From Mytilus californianus (lineage: Eukaryota), in contig NW_026262667.1 in NCBI RefSeq assembly GCF_021869535.1, forward strand, positions 2,356,001 through 2,420,000: a stretch of DNA of 64,000 bases. Direction: 5' to 3'. Shown here in pieces: positions 39,166-52,170 of the stretch (the stretch's first letter is position 1; the number at the start of each line of letters is the position of its first letter). The notes beneath the pieces are model-generated. The model worked only from the letters and a program-made list of their open reading frames with translations, made no database searches and was not told the origin of the DNA. The translations under genes and the position numbers were made by a program.

Positions 39166-40024
39166 CCTATGTCTTGTTATTAACGTATATTGAATCCAAG
39201 GACATTTAGACTTAAGAACATTTTGATTTAGATGTAAATATTGAAAATTTTTACTACCTACTTTGAATAGATTTGTAGGAGTGAATAAATAATAAGTATT
39301 CATATTCTTCCCTTATAAGTTTACTTTATTACTGTTTACTCTTCATTCAAGAAATACATCAATGAAATACTTATTTTTCATTACTGTTTCAGAATATATC
39401 AAGCCGTTTGTTTAGCATTTTATTATTGTGGGGCCTTTTCTATCTAATTATGCGGTATGTTTTTTTTTCAACATAGTTGAAGACAGAACAGAATAGTTGC
39501 GCACATCAGCGTCCTGTGATCTCGGGATGCAAGTCAATGGCAGTCATATCACATCTCCTAATTTTTATATTGAACTCAATATATTGATGTATTACGTTTC
39601 TTCGAAAGGAATAGACGTTTTGGATTACAGTCACTGCATACGACAAGCTGCCGGCGTATTTAAGTATAGCAGGACACTAATTCAATAGATATACATTTCT
39701 GAAGATTCTAGCAAAATAAAAGAACTTATTTATATAGTCTATGTACATTTGTTTTATAACATTTAGCCATTCAAGTATATAAAACATATTCATCTCTTTT
39801 ATTAAATTTGAAAAGTCAAAGACTTTAAATACAATTTAGTTCTTTCTAAAAACAAACAATTTACAAACACTTATTCATTTATTTCAAAATACAAATAAAC
39901 ATAATTTAAAGGGACTTGTTAGTTAAAATCGCTCCAATATATTTAATTCCAATATTTGTATACAAAAACAAATTTATATATTTACAAATCTAATGTGAAC
40001 ATGTGCAACTCCGTACTATTCCTG

Positions 40025-40180
40025 CAATTTGGTACGCCAGACGAGCGTTTCGTCTGCGTAAGACTTATCGGTGGTGCTAGAATCAAAACAGCAAAAAGCC
40101 AATCAAATACAATTTGAAGAGCGCTTATAACTTAAATTTCCGATTTTTTTTGCTAAATACAGCAAAGGCAACCTTCGCAT
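40025..40180 (-). mobile_element. Retrozyme-like fragment with a degenerate type I hammerhead
   Basis: Minus strand 40071-40033 reads CCGATAA-GTCT-tacgc-AGAC-GAAA-CGC-tcgtctg-GCG-TA. Stems II and III are intact, but the core has U4C and G8A changes. Confidence 0.7.
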
Positions 40181-40492
40181 TAGTTGAATCATAAGTGGAT
40201 TTTTTAGAGACTCTCGTTAGTTTTTATATCAAACCGAGTCTTGAAATAAGAAAAAAAACTTACTTCTGTAACTCTCACGGGCTTTGAATCTGTGCTTATT
40301 CGTTTATAAACACGTCCAAAATCAAATTCAGACAAAATTGATTTCGGCAAATTATGGAAAGAGCTCTGTCTATTGTCGTGATTCAGCCCAGGTATGTTAT
40401 TATCAAAACTGCAGTTATTTTCTTTATTTTTGCACAAATCTGAAATAAACAAATTTATGGCATAAGATAAGGAATATAGAAGACCAAGGTAA

Positions 40493-40850
40493 AAGAGAGG
40501 CAACAGGAACATTCACACTCATAAGTCCGAAATAAATTGACAGCACCATGACAAATAACGACCACAAGACAAACAACAGTTTACAAATACCAACATAGAA
40601 AACATAAGACTGAGCATCACAAACCCACCAAAAACCGAGGATGATCTCAGGTGATCCGGAAGAGTAAGCAGATCCTGCTCCACATTTGGCACCCTCCGGC
40701 TGGTTCATGTAAGGATACATCCAGTGATTCGGTCTTATTCGGTAGGTCACATTCGAGGAAAGGAGGATAGGATTGTGGTTACGACAATTGGAACATATCC
40801 GTCGTCATCTGTGAAACAGATATTACATAATGGTCAACCACTCGTAATAG
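40493..40850 (-). mobile_element. Naiad 3' end (end of ORF plus UTR)
   Basis: Homologous to 5145-5365, 8296-8432 and 52040-52170. Confidence 0.7.
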
Positions 40851-42229
40851 CCTAAATCATTCCTTTGTGCTGCGATTATTGTCTTCAAAAACGCCCAACA
40901 AGTAAATCTTTCAGAAATGCACGAGGATTTTATTTGAAGATGTATTAAATAATAAACAGATATTGCGTAAAATTACTTTCTTTATGTCATAATGATCCAA
41001 CATGAAATGATCGTACCGTTAATCTTGGTTTCTTAAATTTAAACTTTTTTTGTTTTCATGTTTAATATCTTGTATTATCTGCTGAATTTTTTTCCGATTT
41101 AAAATGTCATCAGGACCTCTGGATGTCTTTGAATTGTATTGTTGTCTCGTGTGCATATACACACATGTTGTTGAGTCACTTGCATAAAAGCAAATTAAGT
41201 AAGCAACCCAACAAATCAAAATTTTAATGCTGTATATCGCAGCAGTGAATGAAAAAAAAGAAAGTCTTACTATTTGTTTTCATATTTAACGCATTAATTT
41301 TCAAACACTTCTATTGATTAGTTAAAATATTTTTATGTTGAAGACATTTCAATAGAATAGGAATCAATACTTAATGTAATTGTGGAATAGGTTGCTTTTC
41401 CTAAAATTGTACATCTCATATTTCTCGAAGAATATTTTTTTTAACAATATAATAAAATATCTTCTGGTTATCTGTGGTTTTGGTTGCTGTCTCATTTACT
41501 TATTTATTTATGCATCACAAACGATGAAAGGTATTCTCGTTTCGCGTGTTGTGCGCATTAAGATAACAAACATTGATTATACATGTACAAACGTTTGTCC
41601 AAATGCATACAATAAAACATTTATTCTTTTCAAAAACAAACATCTGATGATTGCAAATCTATTATTTGGTCCATTATCGTTACCATCCATTAGTATTTGA
41701 ATATGGTTCCTACAAAACATGATTTACCTGGTTTATCGCTACCCGAATTATTTGAGAAACTAGTATTTTCTAAATATGCAGGTTCTGGACTACTGGATTG
41801 ACGATGAGACTCATCGTCTATTGAAAAAGATAGTTCTGCAGCTTGCAAATGTTTGTTCTCTTTGTTCGATCTTTGTTGGCTTCTCTGCAAAATATCAACG
41901 TTTTTGTTAATATCAAAATTAATAAAGGTTGACTTTATTCATTTAGATAATTCATATTTTATTCCCGTTTTTGTTGTCATATATCTCTCTGTTGCAAACC
42001 TAACATTTTGCTCTGGGCGTTCATGAGGAATACCGTACATTTTAATTTTGCGTACTCTCGAATGACAATTTGCTAAGCTATATTATTACCTAAAAGAAGT
42101 TGTCATGCAGTCCTTACATATAGAAGGACAGTAAGATGGGATTTATTACATTAGAACTATTCTTTTTTCACTGCCTGTTAATTGCCTAAAATTTTTGAGA
42201 GATTATGCACTTGACAAAGGATGAATAAA

Positions 42230-44565
42230 TATGTTTTCTCCAATATACAGACTGGTAAGTATAATTTGTGATGTAGCTCTTTTCCATCTTTTTAAACAAG
42301 TAAGATCGGAACGTTTAAATGATGAAAAGAGGAAATTCCTTCCTGTTCAGTTTACCAATAAAGGAATTGATGCAATCAACATCAGCAACGTTCTACATTA
42401 CAAGGAGGTAACATCTAAAATTCCACTTTATTTTCAAAATCAGTCTGTTCCTATTGTATCCTACAGTTACACCTAATCCATTGCACCTAAAGTATTTAAC
42501 TATAAGCAAGCATTGCGGGACCTAGATTTAGAAAAATATCTAAGAAACCCTCTGACATGTGACTGTTCCCACTTGCCTTATATTTACAGCCCCTCAAGCC
42601 ATGTTGTTACTGGGGATCTAAACATAATTCAACATGAACATCTCCGAAAGGTGATATCTCATGGTCCTTAGTTTAGAGAACCCCAACACATCAATTGGAA
42701 CCATAATTTCAACATAATTATGGATTCCATTGAGAACTACGCCAGAGCAAAGGCAAAACGAAAAGAAGTTGAACTGGACACTTTGTCAGAATGGGTCAAA
42801 ACAATCTGGTCTCTGATAAAACGTCGAATTCATAAGTTGAAAAACTGTGTGAATGATCGACCAAAGTCCGTTTTCAGAGACATAGAAGCAATGAAATGTC
42901 TATCATCTCTTCACGATAAGTATGTTGCTGTTCCTCCGGACAAAGCTTCAAATAATATTGTCTTCGTGTAAAATCGTACTACTACGAGTGTCTTGTAAAA
43001 GAATTAGGAATAAATGAGCACTCAGGTAATCCCACATACAAAAACATATCAATTGACAAGGATGAGATTTTGGCGAATCATAAGTCCTTCATGGCTTCAA
43101 TGAACATTACATTGAACAGCAAATCGGAGGACTTACCTTGTATTGGATACCTAAGCTTCACAAAATTCCGTACAAACAACGGTACATTGCCGGCTCATCT
43201 GCATGTTCGACGAAGGAATTGTACATTAGACTGACAAAAATTCTGTCTGCAGTGAAAGAGGGTCTTCAGAAATACTGTGAAACTGTTTACTCGCGTAGTG
43301 GTAATAACAATATGTGGAGTCTAAAAAACTCTAAAGAACTTCTGGATAATTTTAAATCTCGATCTTTCTCTGAAATTAGGTCTATCAAAACTTTTAATTT
43401 TTCAAACCTGTATACCACCATTCCCCATGTGAAATTGAAAAATCGTCTAAAAGAAATAATCCACAATGCTTTTCAACATAAAAATGGAAGTATACACTAT
43501 AAATTTATAACTTTGGGATACCATACGGCATATTTTGTTAATAGTGAACAAAAATTTAAAACATGATACACAGAGGAACAAGTGATCAGTATGCTGGAGT
43601 TTCTTTTTGACAACATATATGTTGAATTTGGAGGTAGACTTTTTCAACAAATTGTCGCCATTACAATGGGAACGAACTGTGCGCCTCTCCTTGCCGACCT
43701 CTTCTTATTTTCATATGAGTCGGAGTTCTTTCAGACACTTGTCAAAAACAAGAAGATAAAAAAAACCAGATAATTTAATTTCACATTCAGATATATTGAT
43801 GATGTTCTTTCCATTAACAATCCAAACTTTTCTGATTGGGTTCAGTGACTGAGCAGAAAGTTGATGAACCAGGTTTATGTCAAAGAACGTCACTTCCTTT
43901 TTCTAAAAAAGTTCTTCGGAAGATACCAAGACCTTGTTGAAAAATATTCCGTATCAACTTCACAAATAATACACGATGGTCTTGAAGTGTATATTCTAGG
44001 TACTGACCTTGTTTACCATCTTAATTACGTTTTATAGTGTTCTTTTATTTGTCTTTGCAAATTATTACTTTTACTGTTTAGTCTATTTTTGGTAATATCC
44101 ATTTGACGTGGCTCGGTACTTATACATCCTGTCATTGTGTTATTGCGATATGGTAATTTTTTTTACTCTTGTCTTTCGTTTTTGCTAATGTACTTTGTCT
44201 ATATGCCTTTTTGTTTTTCTTTGTTGACATATTTGTTTGTTTTTATAGTGATTAAGATTTTAACACAATGTTGACTGCTGTACCCCTATTTTTGACATTT
44301 TTACCTATTATGTCTAATTGTTTTGTTCACACATTATTGCGAATATAATGGAACTTTATGCGGCTGTCATACAAGTGAGAGGTTTAGCTAGCTATAGAAC
44401 CAGGTTTAATCCTCAATTTTCTACATAAGAAAATGCCTGTACCAAGTCAGGAATAAGACAGTTGTTATCCATTCGTTTGATGTGTTTGAGCTTTTGATTT
44501 TGCCATTTGATTAGGGACTTTCCGTTTTGAATTTTCCTCGGAGTTCGGTATTTTTGTTATTTTAC
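42230..44565 (+). mobile_element. Second long Naiad Penelope-like element (different subfamily), decayed
   Basis: FLPVQFTNKGIDAINIS, CDCSHLPYIYSPSSHVVTGDL (CxC linker), PPDKASNN, YWIPKLHKIPYKQRYIAG, MGTNCAPLLADLFL and FRYIDD. There is an internal deletion at about 43845, and the 3' UTR tail is shared with 15280-15340, 17295-17400 and 19600-19650. Confidence 0.9.
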
Positions 44566-46423
44566 TTTTATCTTAACATTAGGTAGAGAAAATGGTTATG
44601 CTCTTGTCAAGATTTAATATATTACTGTTTAGTCTTGGATAATACTATGGTTAGTTCGTCTGTAATTTGATGACCTAAGAGTTTATCTGAGATATGATCT
44701 CTGTAGTTCCTCTGCGAGTTCGTATCATTGACAAAATATAGTTCAGAGCCAATAATCCTCTTGTTGTAGCACCTCTCTGTATACACAAGAAAAGACTACT
44801 GGATTCGAGAACTTTAAACTGGAACACTTTATGGTTGCCATAAAAAAAATTACGAGAAAGGTATTTCTCAGTAGTCCATCTTTCAGCTCTGAGAATGTGA
44901 TGAATTTTCTAAACGCTGGTCCTCGACGTAGACGCAGCTATGGTCATCGTTATTATACGTCACCGTGTATTTAAGACGATTTTATTAATGATTTTCAGCC
45001 ATTTATAAGCAATCCGTTGGTAATGTAGTACTAGTAAAAGTAATGTCATATGAAACGAATTTCTTGTGATAATAATAAAATGGAAATTTGGAAATCAATG
45101 CATACATATATTCTTACTTACTCCTCTATGCACGTTTTTCACATTTATTACAAATTATTGCATATTCAATGTGCGCAATGAATATACTACTACAGATTTG
45201 TTTTGTTTACTTCCTCCGTAGAATAATATAAACAACAAACAAATTGAAATTTTGAAATTTGGCTGATTATTTGTCATGGCATTTATTCAACAATATATAC
45301 CAAAAACAACCAACATTAACAAACTGGCCAACAAGTTAAAACTTGATGACAATTGATCACTGAAGGGAAAACCAACAGTAAAATGCAAAACAATTTGTAG
45401 CTACTGGGCAGATCCATAACAGCTCAATGAACAATATTTAAATAGATCACTGCCAATTGAATCATGTTAATGATGACATCCAACGCAATTTCCATATTGA
45501 ACTGAATGCCCTGATGATAGACATATTTTTCTTTATTTATTACTGCAAATCCTTGAATTTTCGGTTTTCATTGCATCTGCCGATGAATGTTGAAACTTCT
45601 GACATTTTTTATGATACATGACAATCTAATTGGAACATTCAATACATTTGGGTCTGTTCACCATGCAATCTGAAAAATAAACTAAAACAGCAGCAATTTT
45701 GTTTATTAAAGGGAGGGAGGGTGGTTTGTACTGTCTTGTTGAAAAATAATTGTAGAATGAAAATTGACCGGGAACACGTGTTTATATATGACAAAAGTCC
45801 ACGAGGCGTTCAAAGCATATTCTTTCGTATGTTTAAATATATGGTTGTGTAAAGATTTAATGGCAAACCGTAAATAATGGACTGACTGTACATTTAAAAC
45901 ACAATAATAAAATACATGTATTTTCAATGCAATAAATAAATTTAATTATTAGATCATTAAATTTTATCATTGTATATTCAATGTGCGCAATGAATATACT
46001 ACAACAGATTTCCTTCCTTCCTAGAATAATATAAACAACAAACAAATAGAAAATTTGAATTTGGCTGATTATTGGTCATGGCATTTATTCAACAATATTC
46101 AACAATATAAACTAAAAAACAACCAACATCAACAAACTGGCCAACAAGTTAAATCTTGATGACAATTGATTACTGAAGGGAAACCCAACAGTAAATGCAA
46201 AAACAATTTCTAGCTGCTGGGCAGATCCATACCAGCTCAATGAACTATATTTGGATAAATCACTGCCAAAATTGGCATTTTACTGAACTCTCAATCAAAT
46301 GCTAGTCCGCCTTGAAAATGGAATAACCAACATATATTAAACTAGAATATAATCAACTAGTTGTTATGCATTTCAACATACAACATACATCAAATATAAA
46401 CAAACAACATCGGATAAATAGAA

Positions 46424-46990
46424 TTATTTGGTATATAATAAAATTGTTCTAAAGCAGTTTGAAAATGAGTTCAAAAATATATCATTGCCAATAAACGATA
46501 AATGGACTCCATCGTGACTAAATAAAGATTGATGTTTGTCTTCAAAATCAGAATGAACTATAGTGTAACCCCCAGTTTTATTTAAATGTGATTTAACTCC
46601 CCTCTTTATACGATTCCTGGTTACATCCATTGCTTTTAAATCTTTTGAATATCTCCCTTTCAACCTTGGTAAAATGCTTAAAAAAATGATTTTACTTCCG
46701 TTCACCAAACGTCCAACTATATTTAGCAAAAATTTAATATATAAAAAAAGTTATGCACAGTTAACATGTCCAATATCATTGCCACCACAGTGAAGCAAAA
46801 CACTGGTAATCAAATTCTCCACTATTGGTACAACATTATATACTGACATACCAGACATTCCTGCCCACATCAACTTGTAACCTAACTTATGTAACCCCAA
46901 ATCATTTCCCAAAGGTCTAATTTGACTATGTGATGATGCTTTGGTAAACAAGGAGGATCCAATAATCCAAACCACAAAACGGCCTGAAAA
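46424..46990 (-). pseudogene. SGNH/GDSL hydrolase ORF of the Ngaro element (frameshifted)
   Basis: VWIIGSS (block I), LLHCGGNDIG (block III), IIFLSILPR and FSHDGVHLSFIGN (block V). Confidence 0.85.
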
Positions 46991-47003
46991 CAACTAAATT
47001 TCT

Positions 47004-47990
47004 TTAATTTACCAAACGACTAAGTCTTATATACGATTTAAAAGAATTAAAATTCCATCTACCCATGGATTGTATTTCTTCATCCGTTTTGCCTTCCAAG
47101 GCTGCAGTAGTTGCAGCCCCTATTCGGAATGAATGAGTACTAAAGTATTAAACTCCTCAGGATTTAAACTAAGAAAATTTAAAGGAGATCTTAAAACAGC
47201 TAAAAACTCAAAACGAGTCAATTCATTTTCATTCAGATGACAAAATAGTTGGCCTTGACAATCGGGACGTAAGTTTAAATAATCTCTGAATGTTTTGACA
47301 ACACAAATTTCGTCATAAATATCAATTGAAGACAAAATAAAAGTTATCGAACAACCAATTTGATCCGTCTTTGAAGACGTTATTGTAACAAAAACTTCAG
47401 AATAAATATCAACAAATTTAATATCTGAAATTTTTACAACATGATTATCAGCATTTTTGTTAAAATATGGGATTTCTCCGATTCTCATGAATAAAAAAAA
47501 AGGCTGTCCTAAACAGTTTTGTCTCATAAAATGACTTACACACATGGTGAAGAACTGATATATATATAATTAAGGAGATGTGGTATGATTGCCAATGAAA
47601 CTATCCACCAAAGTTCAAATGAAGTGGATGTAAGCAATTATAGGCAACCGTAAGCCGTTTTAATACATCAACAGTAATAGGTTTTCTTGAATCAACTCTT
47701 TCACACAAACGCTGCATACCTTTTAACATTTTTTCCGAAATGAATGATTTGCTATAATCATTCCAATTATTTATTTTCAACGTATAATTAATTCCTGATA
47801 GATATTTTTTAGAAGTGGTGTAGGAATAACCATTTTATGAAAGATAGGCAACGTTATTTATTATATGATCAACAAGAGGTGGCCAACTTTCCTCTATTTG
47901 AAAACTGGTCCGAAATTTACTGAATGAATAGATTGTATTTTCATACACATTCATCGTATTTGAAGTTACAGAGTGCTGTAAAAGTTTATG
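47004..47990 (-). pseudogene. Tyrosine recombinase of the Ngaro element, interrupted by a Naiad 3' end at about 47560-47655
   Basis: DSRKPIT, FMRIGE, SKTDQIG and THSFRIGAATTAA...GRWNFNSFKSYIR. Confidence 0.9.
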
Positions 47991-48009
47991 CACTTCGTCT
48001 TTAAAAGGT

Positions 48010-49620
48010 TCCAAAAACTCCACTGGAATTGGATGTGGCAAATCGTTGGCTGGAGGTGCTAGACGTCGAAATTTCGAAAAATTTGCACGAGATAATGCCA
48101 AAATGTGAACAGCTTTAACATGTTTGAACTGAAAATTACCAATTAGTGAACAGTAAACAATTAATCTTAAAACTGACATAACTCGTTCAGACTTGATTGA
48201 CCTTTTATTTAAAAAATTCACTACTGCCATATTATCGATGTGAAAAAGTATTTAAGATTAATCAAACCACAAAAATATTGCTTGTGCTATTGGAATGATT
48301 TCAAGATATGTTATATCTTTAATTATTTCTGAACTATTCCATTCTTAAGACCACTCGAGAAAAGTCCATTGACCATTAAGATAAGCTGCACAACCTTTAC
48401 TTAATCCACCAGCACTATCTGTATATAGTTCAAGATCAAAATTTAATATCCATTCTATATCATTTATATACGAAATCCCATTAAACTGTTCCAAAAATAA
48501 TATCCACATCAATAAATGATTTTTCATGCCTGATGTCACCCTAATAAAGTGAAACGGGTTTGAAACTTTGCCCATGGTCGAATATAAACGACAACTAAAC
48601 GCTCTTCCTGCAGGCACAGCCTTTGTGCAGAAGGCTAATGAACCACATATTAACTGCAATTCTTTTAACGTTACTTTTTTCATGCCTGATAATTTAATAA
48701 TTCTGTCTAAAAGTTCTTGAACTTTTTATGTGGAATTTAAACAAGCATATTAACAGTATCAATTGTAAAACCCAGATATTCAATCAGTGTAGTTGGACCT
48801 TCAGTTTTTTTCATTTGCAAGAGGGACTCCATTATCTTTGCAAATTTCATTATACTGAAACACCCGTTGTTCACATTTATCAGAATCTTATTTGCCACCA
48901 AATAAAAAATCATCTAAATAACGGTCTCTATTATTTGAACAAGACTTGTTTTTTAAAACACATTGCAAAAAGGTTGAAAATTTTTCAAAAATAGCACATG
49001 AAATTGAGCAGCCCATTGCCATTGCCTTGTCTATGTAGTATTCATCTAAATTTTGAAACCAAGTAAGTCAAAATCTCCTGGATAAACCAGAAGTAATCTA
49101 AATGCTGACTTAATATTAATTTTTGCTAATTTAGCACCTTTTCCAAGTTTTTAACCATATTTACAGCATTATCAAATGAAGAATATTTAACCGAGGGAAC
49201 CTATCATCAATGAAGTCATTAACACTGCTCAATGGTGGATATGATAATGGGTAATCAGACGAAGTCCCCCAGTTTGTTTAGGAACTAATCCAATAGGAGA
49301 ACATCTTATATTAAATATTGATTTATTACAAAAAGGACCTGATATTCCTCTTAATGATATAACAGATTCAATTTCTAGCTCCAACAGGATTTGACAAAAC
49401 AGATTTTAAATTTTTTGATTCAAATGGAATTCTTGGTCCATGATAAGTCAAACTAAATCCAAATTTAAAACCATTAAACAAAATTTGTTTATCCTGTTCA
49501 TTTGGATAATCTTTTAGAAATAATTCTAATTGTTCAATATTAATAGGTGAATGTCCCATCTTCTAAATAAATCTATCCTTTGACAATTCTGAAAGAAAAG
49601 TTAATTTCAATTCATTTGAT
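48010..49620 (-). pseudogene. Reverse transcriptase/RNase H of the Ngaro element
   Basis: SPINIEQLELFLKDYP..GFKFGF, FRLITH, VTLKELQLICGSLAF...GRAF, LELYTDSAG and NMAVVNFLNKRS. Confidence 0.88.
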
Positions 49621-49799
49621 TCAATATAGGTACGGAATACCTATCATCAATGAAGTCATTAACACTGCTCAATGGTAGATATGATAAATGGGTAATCAGA
49701 CGAAGTCCCCCAGTTTTTTAGGAACTCATCTAATAGGAGAACATCTTATATTAGATATTGGTCTATTACAAAAATGACCTGATATTCTTCCTAATGATA

Positions 49800-50090
49800 T
49801 TGTATGTTATTTAAAGTATTACCCGGTCCAGCATGAACAGCTGTAGTTTCCAGTTGTTTCTGAGGTGGAGGTTGAACATTTGGCTCCACAGGTTGATCTG
49901 CTTGTTTTCTATTTCCGCGTCTTATTCTGTTAACCACTTGTGCAACTTCTTCATGGACAGGTTCCTCTTCTGGTGCAGGTGCTTCATGAGGAGCAGGTTG
50001 TTGAACACAAACATTGCTAATCCTGGGCCTTAATTTCCGGCGAATTTCATTTCTTCTCCTAGGCATTTTATAAAATGAAGTCATTTTAAA
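49800..50090 (-). pseudogene. N-terminal part of the gag-like ORF1 of the Ngaro element
   Basis: A basic, Pro-rich ORF (MPRRRNEIRRKLRPR...) in the ORF1 position, truncated by a duplicated RT segment. Confidence 0.55.
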
Positions 50091-51774
50091 TATAATGTTT
50101 ATAAGTATACAAAGATGTTTTAATTCATGAGACAGATTACATTGATGCTTCGGCTGCATATAGATAAATTCGTAAATTAAACAACTGTTCCGTACTTAAA
50201 ATATATTCTACTATAAATGTGTATAATGTACGCCTCTTAAGACAGCTATATGTGCATAATAACACTTGGAAAATTGGACAACAGTTGTAATTATAATTAA
50301 ATAAATGCCTTTACATTTGTAATAATCGGGAGTTCCGTAACTTGATAACAGGTATCATATCAGTGTCAATTTATTGAATCAAATTTAGGTAAAGTACGTA
50401 AAATAAAATAATGTAACTAAGCATATAATCACAAGCAAGCTTACACATGCATTCCACAGCTAACTAAATGAGAATATTTATTGCCAAATTGGTAAAATAA
50501 GAACAAACACTTACCGATAAAAATACCTTGTTTAAGAACTGTGAATTAAATGCAACAACCAGAAGTAAATGAAATTAAACGGTTGTAAATAAGCATATAT
50601 ATAAATGTTATATTAAAGCGAAATAAAACAATTCATGTATTGAAAACGTGAAGATAAAAAAAATATACGACCACGTGCAAACACATGTTAAATTTAAAAG
50701 TTACCTGTTTCACTTTATCTTCACAGATTTTCAACACATGTAATAAATAAATTTGCTCTTTAAATGTAAAACAAATTATTAAAGTGAATTAAATGCATAA
50801 AAGGAAAAATATTTAAAGTATATTGGATAAACTAAATCAACTTATCTTATTAATGTTCCGGTCCTCTCCTTGTACTGTCTTGTTGAAAAATAATCGTGGA
50901 ATGAAAATTGACCGGGAACACGTGTTTATATATGACAAAAAGCCACGAGGCGCTTCAAAGCATATTCTTTCGTATGTTTAGATATATGGTTATGTTAAGA
51001 TTAATGGCAAACTATAAATAATGAACTGACTGTACATTTAAAACACAATTAGCAAATACATGTATTTTCAATGCAATAAATCAATTTAATTATTAGATCA
51101 TTAAATTCTATTAATATTGTATGATCGATAAAACAATTTAGTTCGCTGATTGTTGATAAAAAAAACTATGGCTGTTATTCAACTTTCGGGTTTTTGGTGT
51201 TAGAGTTTACCGATCTTAACCTTAAAAGACATTCAACACATAATCAGGTAGCACGTGTATAATACATGAGAGGATAGAGCGATGTTAATTTGTTTTTCCC
51301 TGTTTTTCATTCGTTCCCATTTGTTAATTTGTTATTCCCCTATCACACTTTGTTAAATTGGCATTTTTCAAAAAATTGTGCCGAATTCATCTTTGTTTTA
51401 AATAAAGAACTACTTGTCATGAGTAAAGTGTTATCCTGTCCAGTACTACAGTCAAAATTTCACATAACATTTAATTGTATATAAGATAATAACCATCACC
51501 GGAAGTAGACCAATCAAATTTTCACCCCTTTTTCCCTTTTTACAAGCTTTAGTCACCATGTCATCTCAAGTTTCCAAAAAATATTTTATAGAAACACCAA
51601 ATAAAAAAATAATGGTACTTTGAAACACCCAAGATATATGTTTAGGAATCAGACATTTTTTTTTATTGCAATGAAATGTAGGATTATTTTCTAAAACTGT
51701 TGATTCAAGGGAATATTGTTTTCGACCCTTTTTCGTATGAAACCGGATGGGACGTACTATGATTTATTGATATT

Positions 51775-52170
51775 ACACCTCACCTCATATCGTGACTTAT
51801 ATCTAGAAATTAACAATAAGGGTCGGTTAAGAACAAAATTTTACGTCAAAAGGGATGATTTCAGATTTCTAATAGTAAACTTTCCATTTCAATGTAACAA
51901 CATTCCAGCATTGCCCTACAATATTCTAGAACTTGCGTTTCCTATAATAATTTCCCATGCTAATAAACGAAGAGTTCATTGAGGTAAAGTTGGAGTCATC
52001 CCTTCTAAAGTTTGACGGACGCAATCACGAGAGGGGTTATCGTTATGAAATATCAATGTCACACGGGTATACTTAATTGTCGTTACCACAATCCCGTCCT
52101 CAATTCGTCGATTTTGACATAATGAAATGAGACTCATCACCGAAATTGTACTTACCATTAGCAACACGAA
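51775..52170 (+). mobile_element. Naiad RT C-terminal fragment
   Basis: SYRDLYLEINNKGRLRTKFYVKRDDFRFLIVNFPFQCNNIPA, then KLESSLLKFDGRNH. Confidence 0.8.

Larger units (their letters stand above)
45162..51122 (-). mobile_element. Ngaro-type (DIRS order) tyrosine-recombinase retrotransposon, near full length and decayed
   Basis: Split direct repeats: A1 50872-51122, B1 45974-46269, A2 45728-45975, B2 45162-45456. Gag-like, RT/RNase H, YR and SGNH ORFs follow in order on the minus strand. Confidence 0.92.

Noticed and set aside
41800-41818. Perfect palindrome GACGATGAG-A-CTCATCGTC
   Set aside because: A single 9-bp-arm palindrome is plausible by chance in 64 kb, and it has no associated structure.
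43564-43566. In-frame TGA in the Naiad RT as a selenocysteine codon (some Naiads encode selenoproteins)
   Set aside because: The same copy has TAA and TAG stops (about 42476, 42668, 43771) and frameshifts, so ordinary decay explains it. No SECIS was identified.
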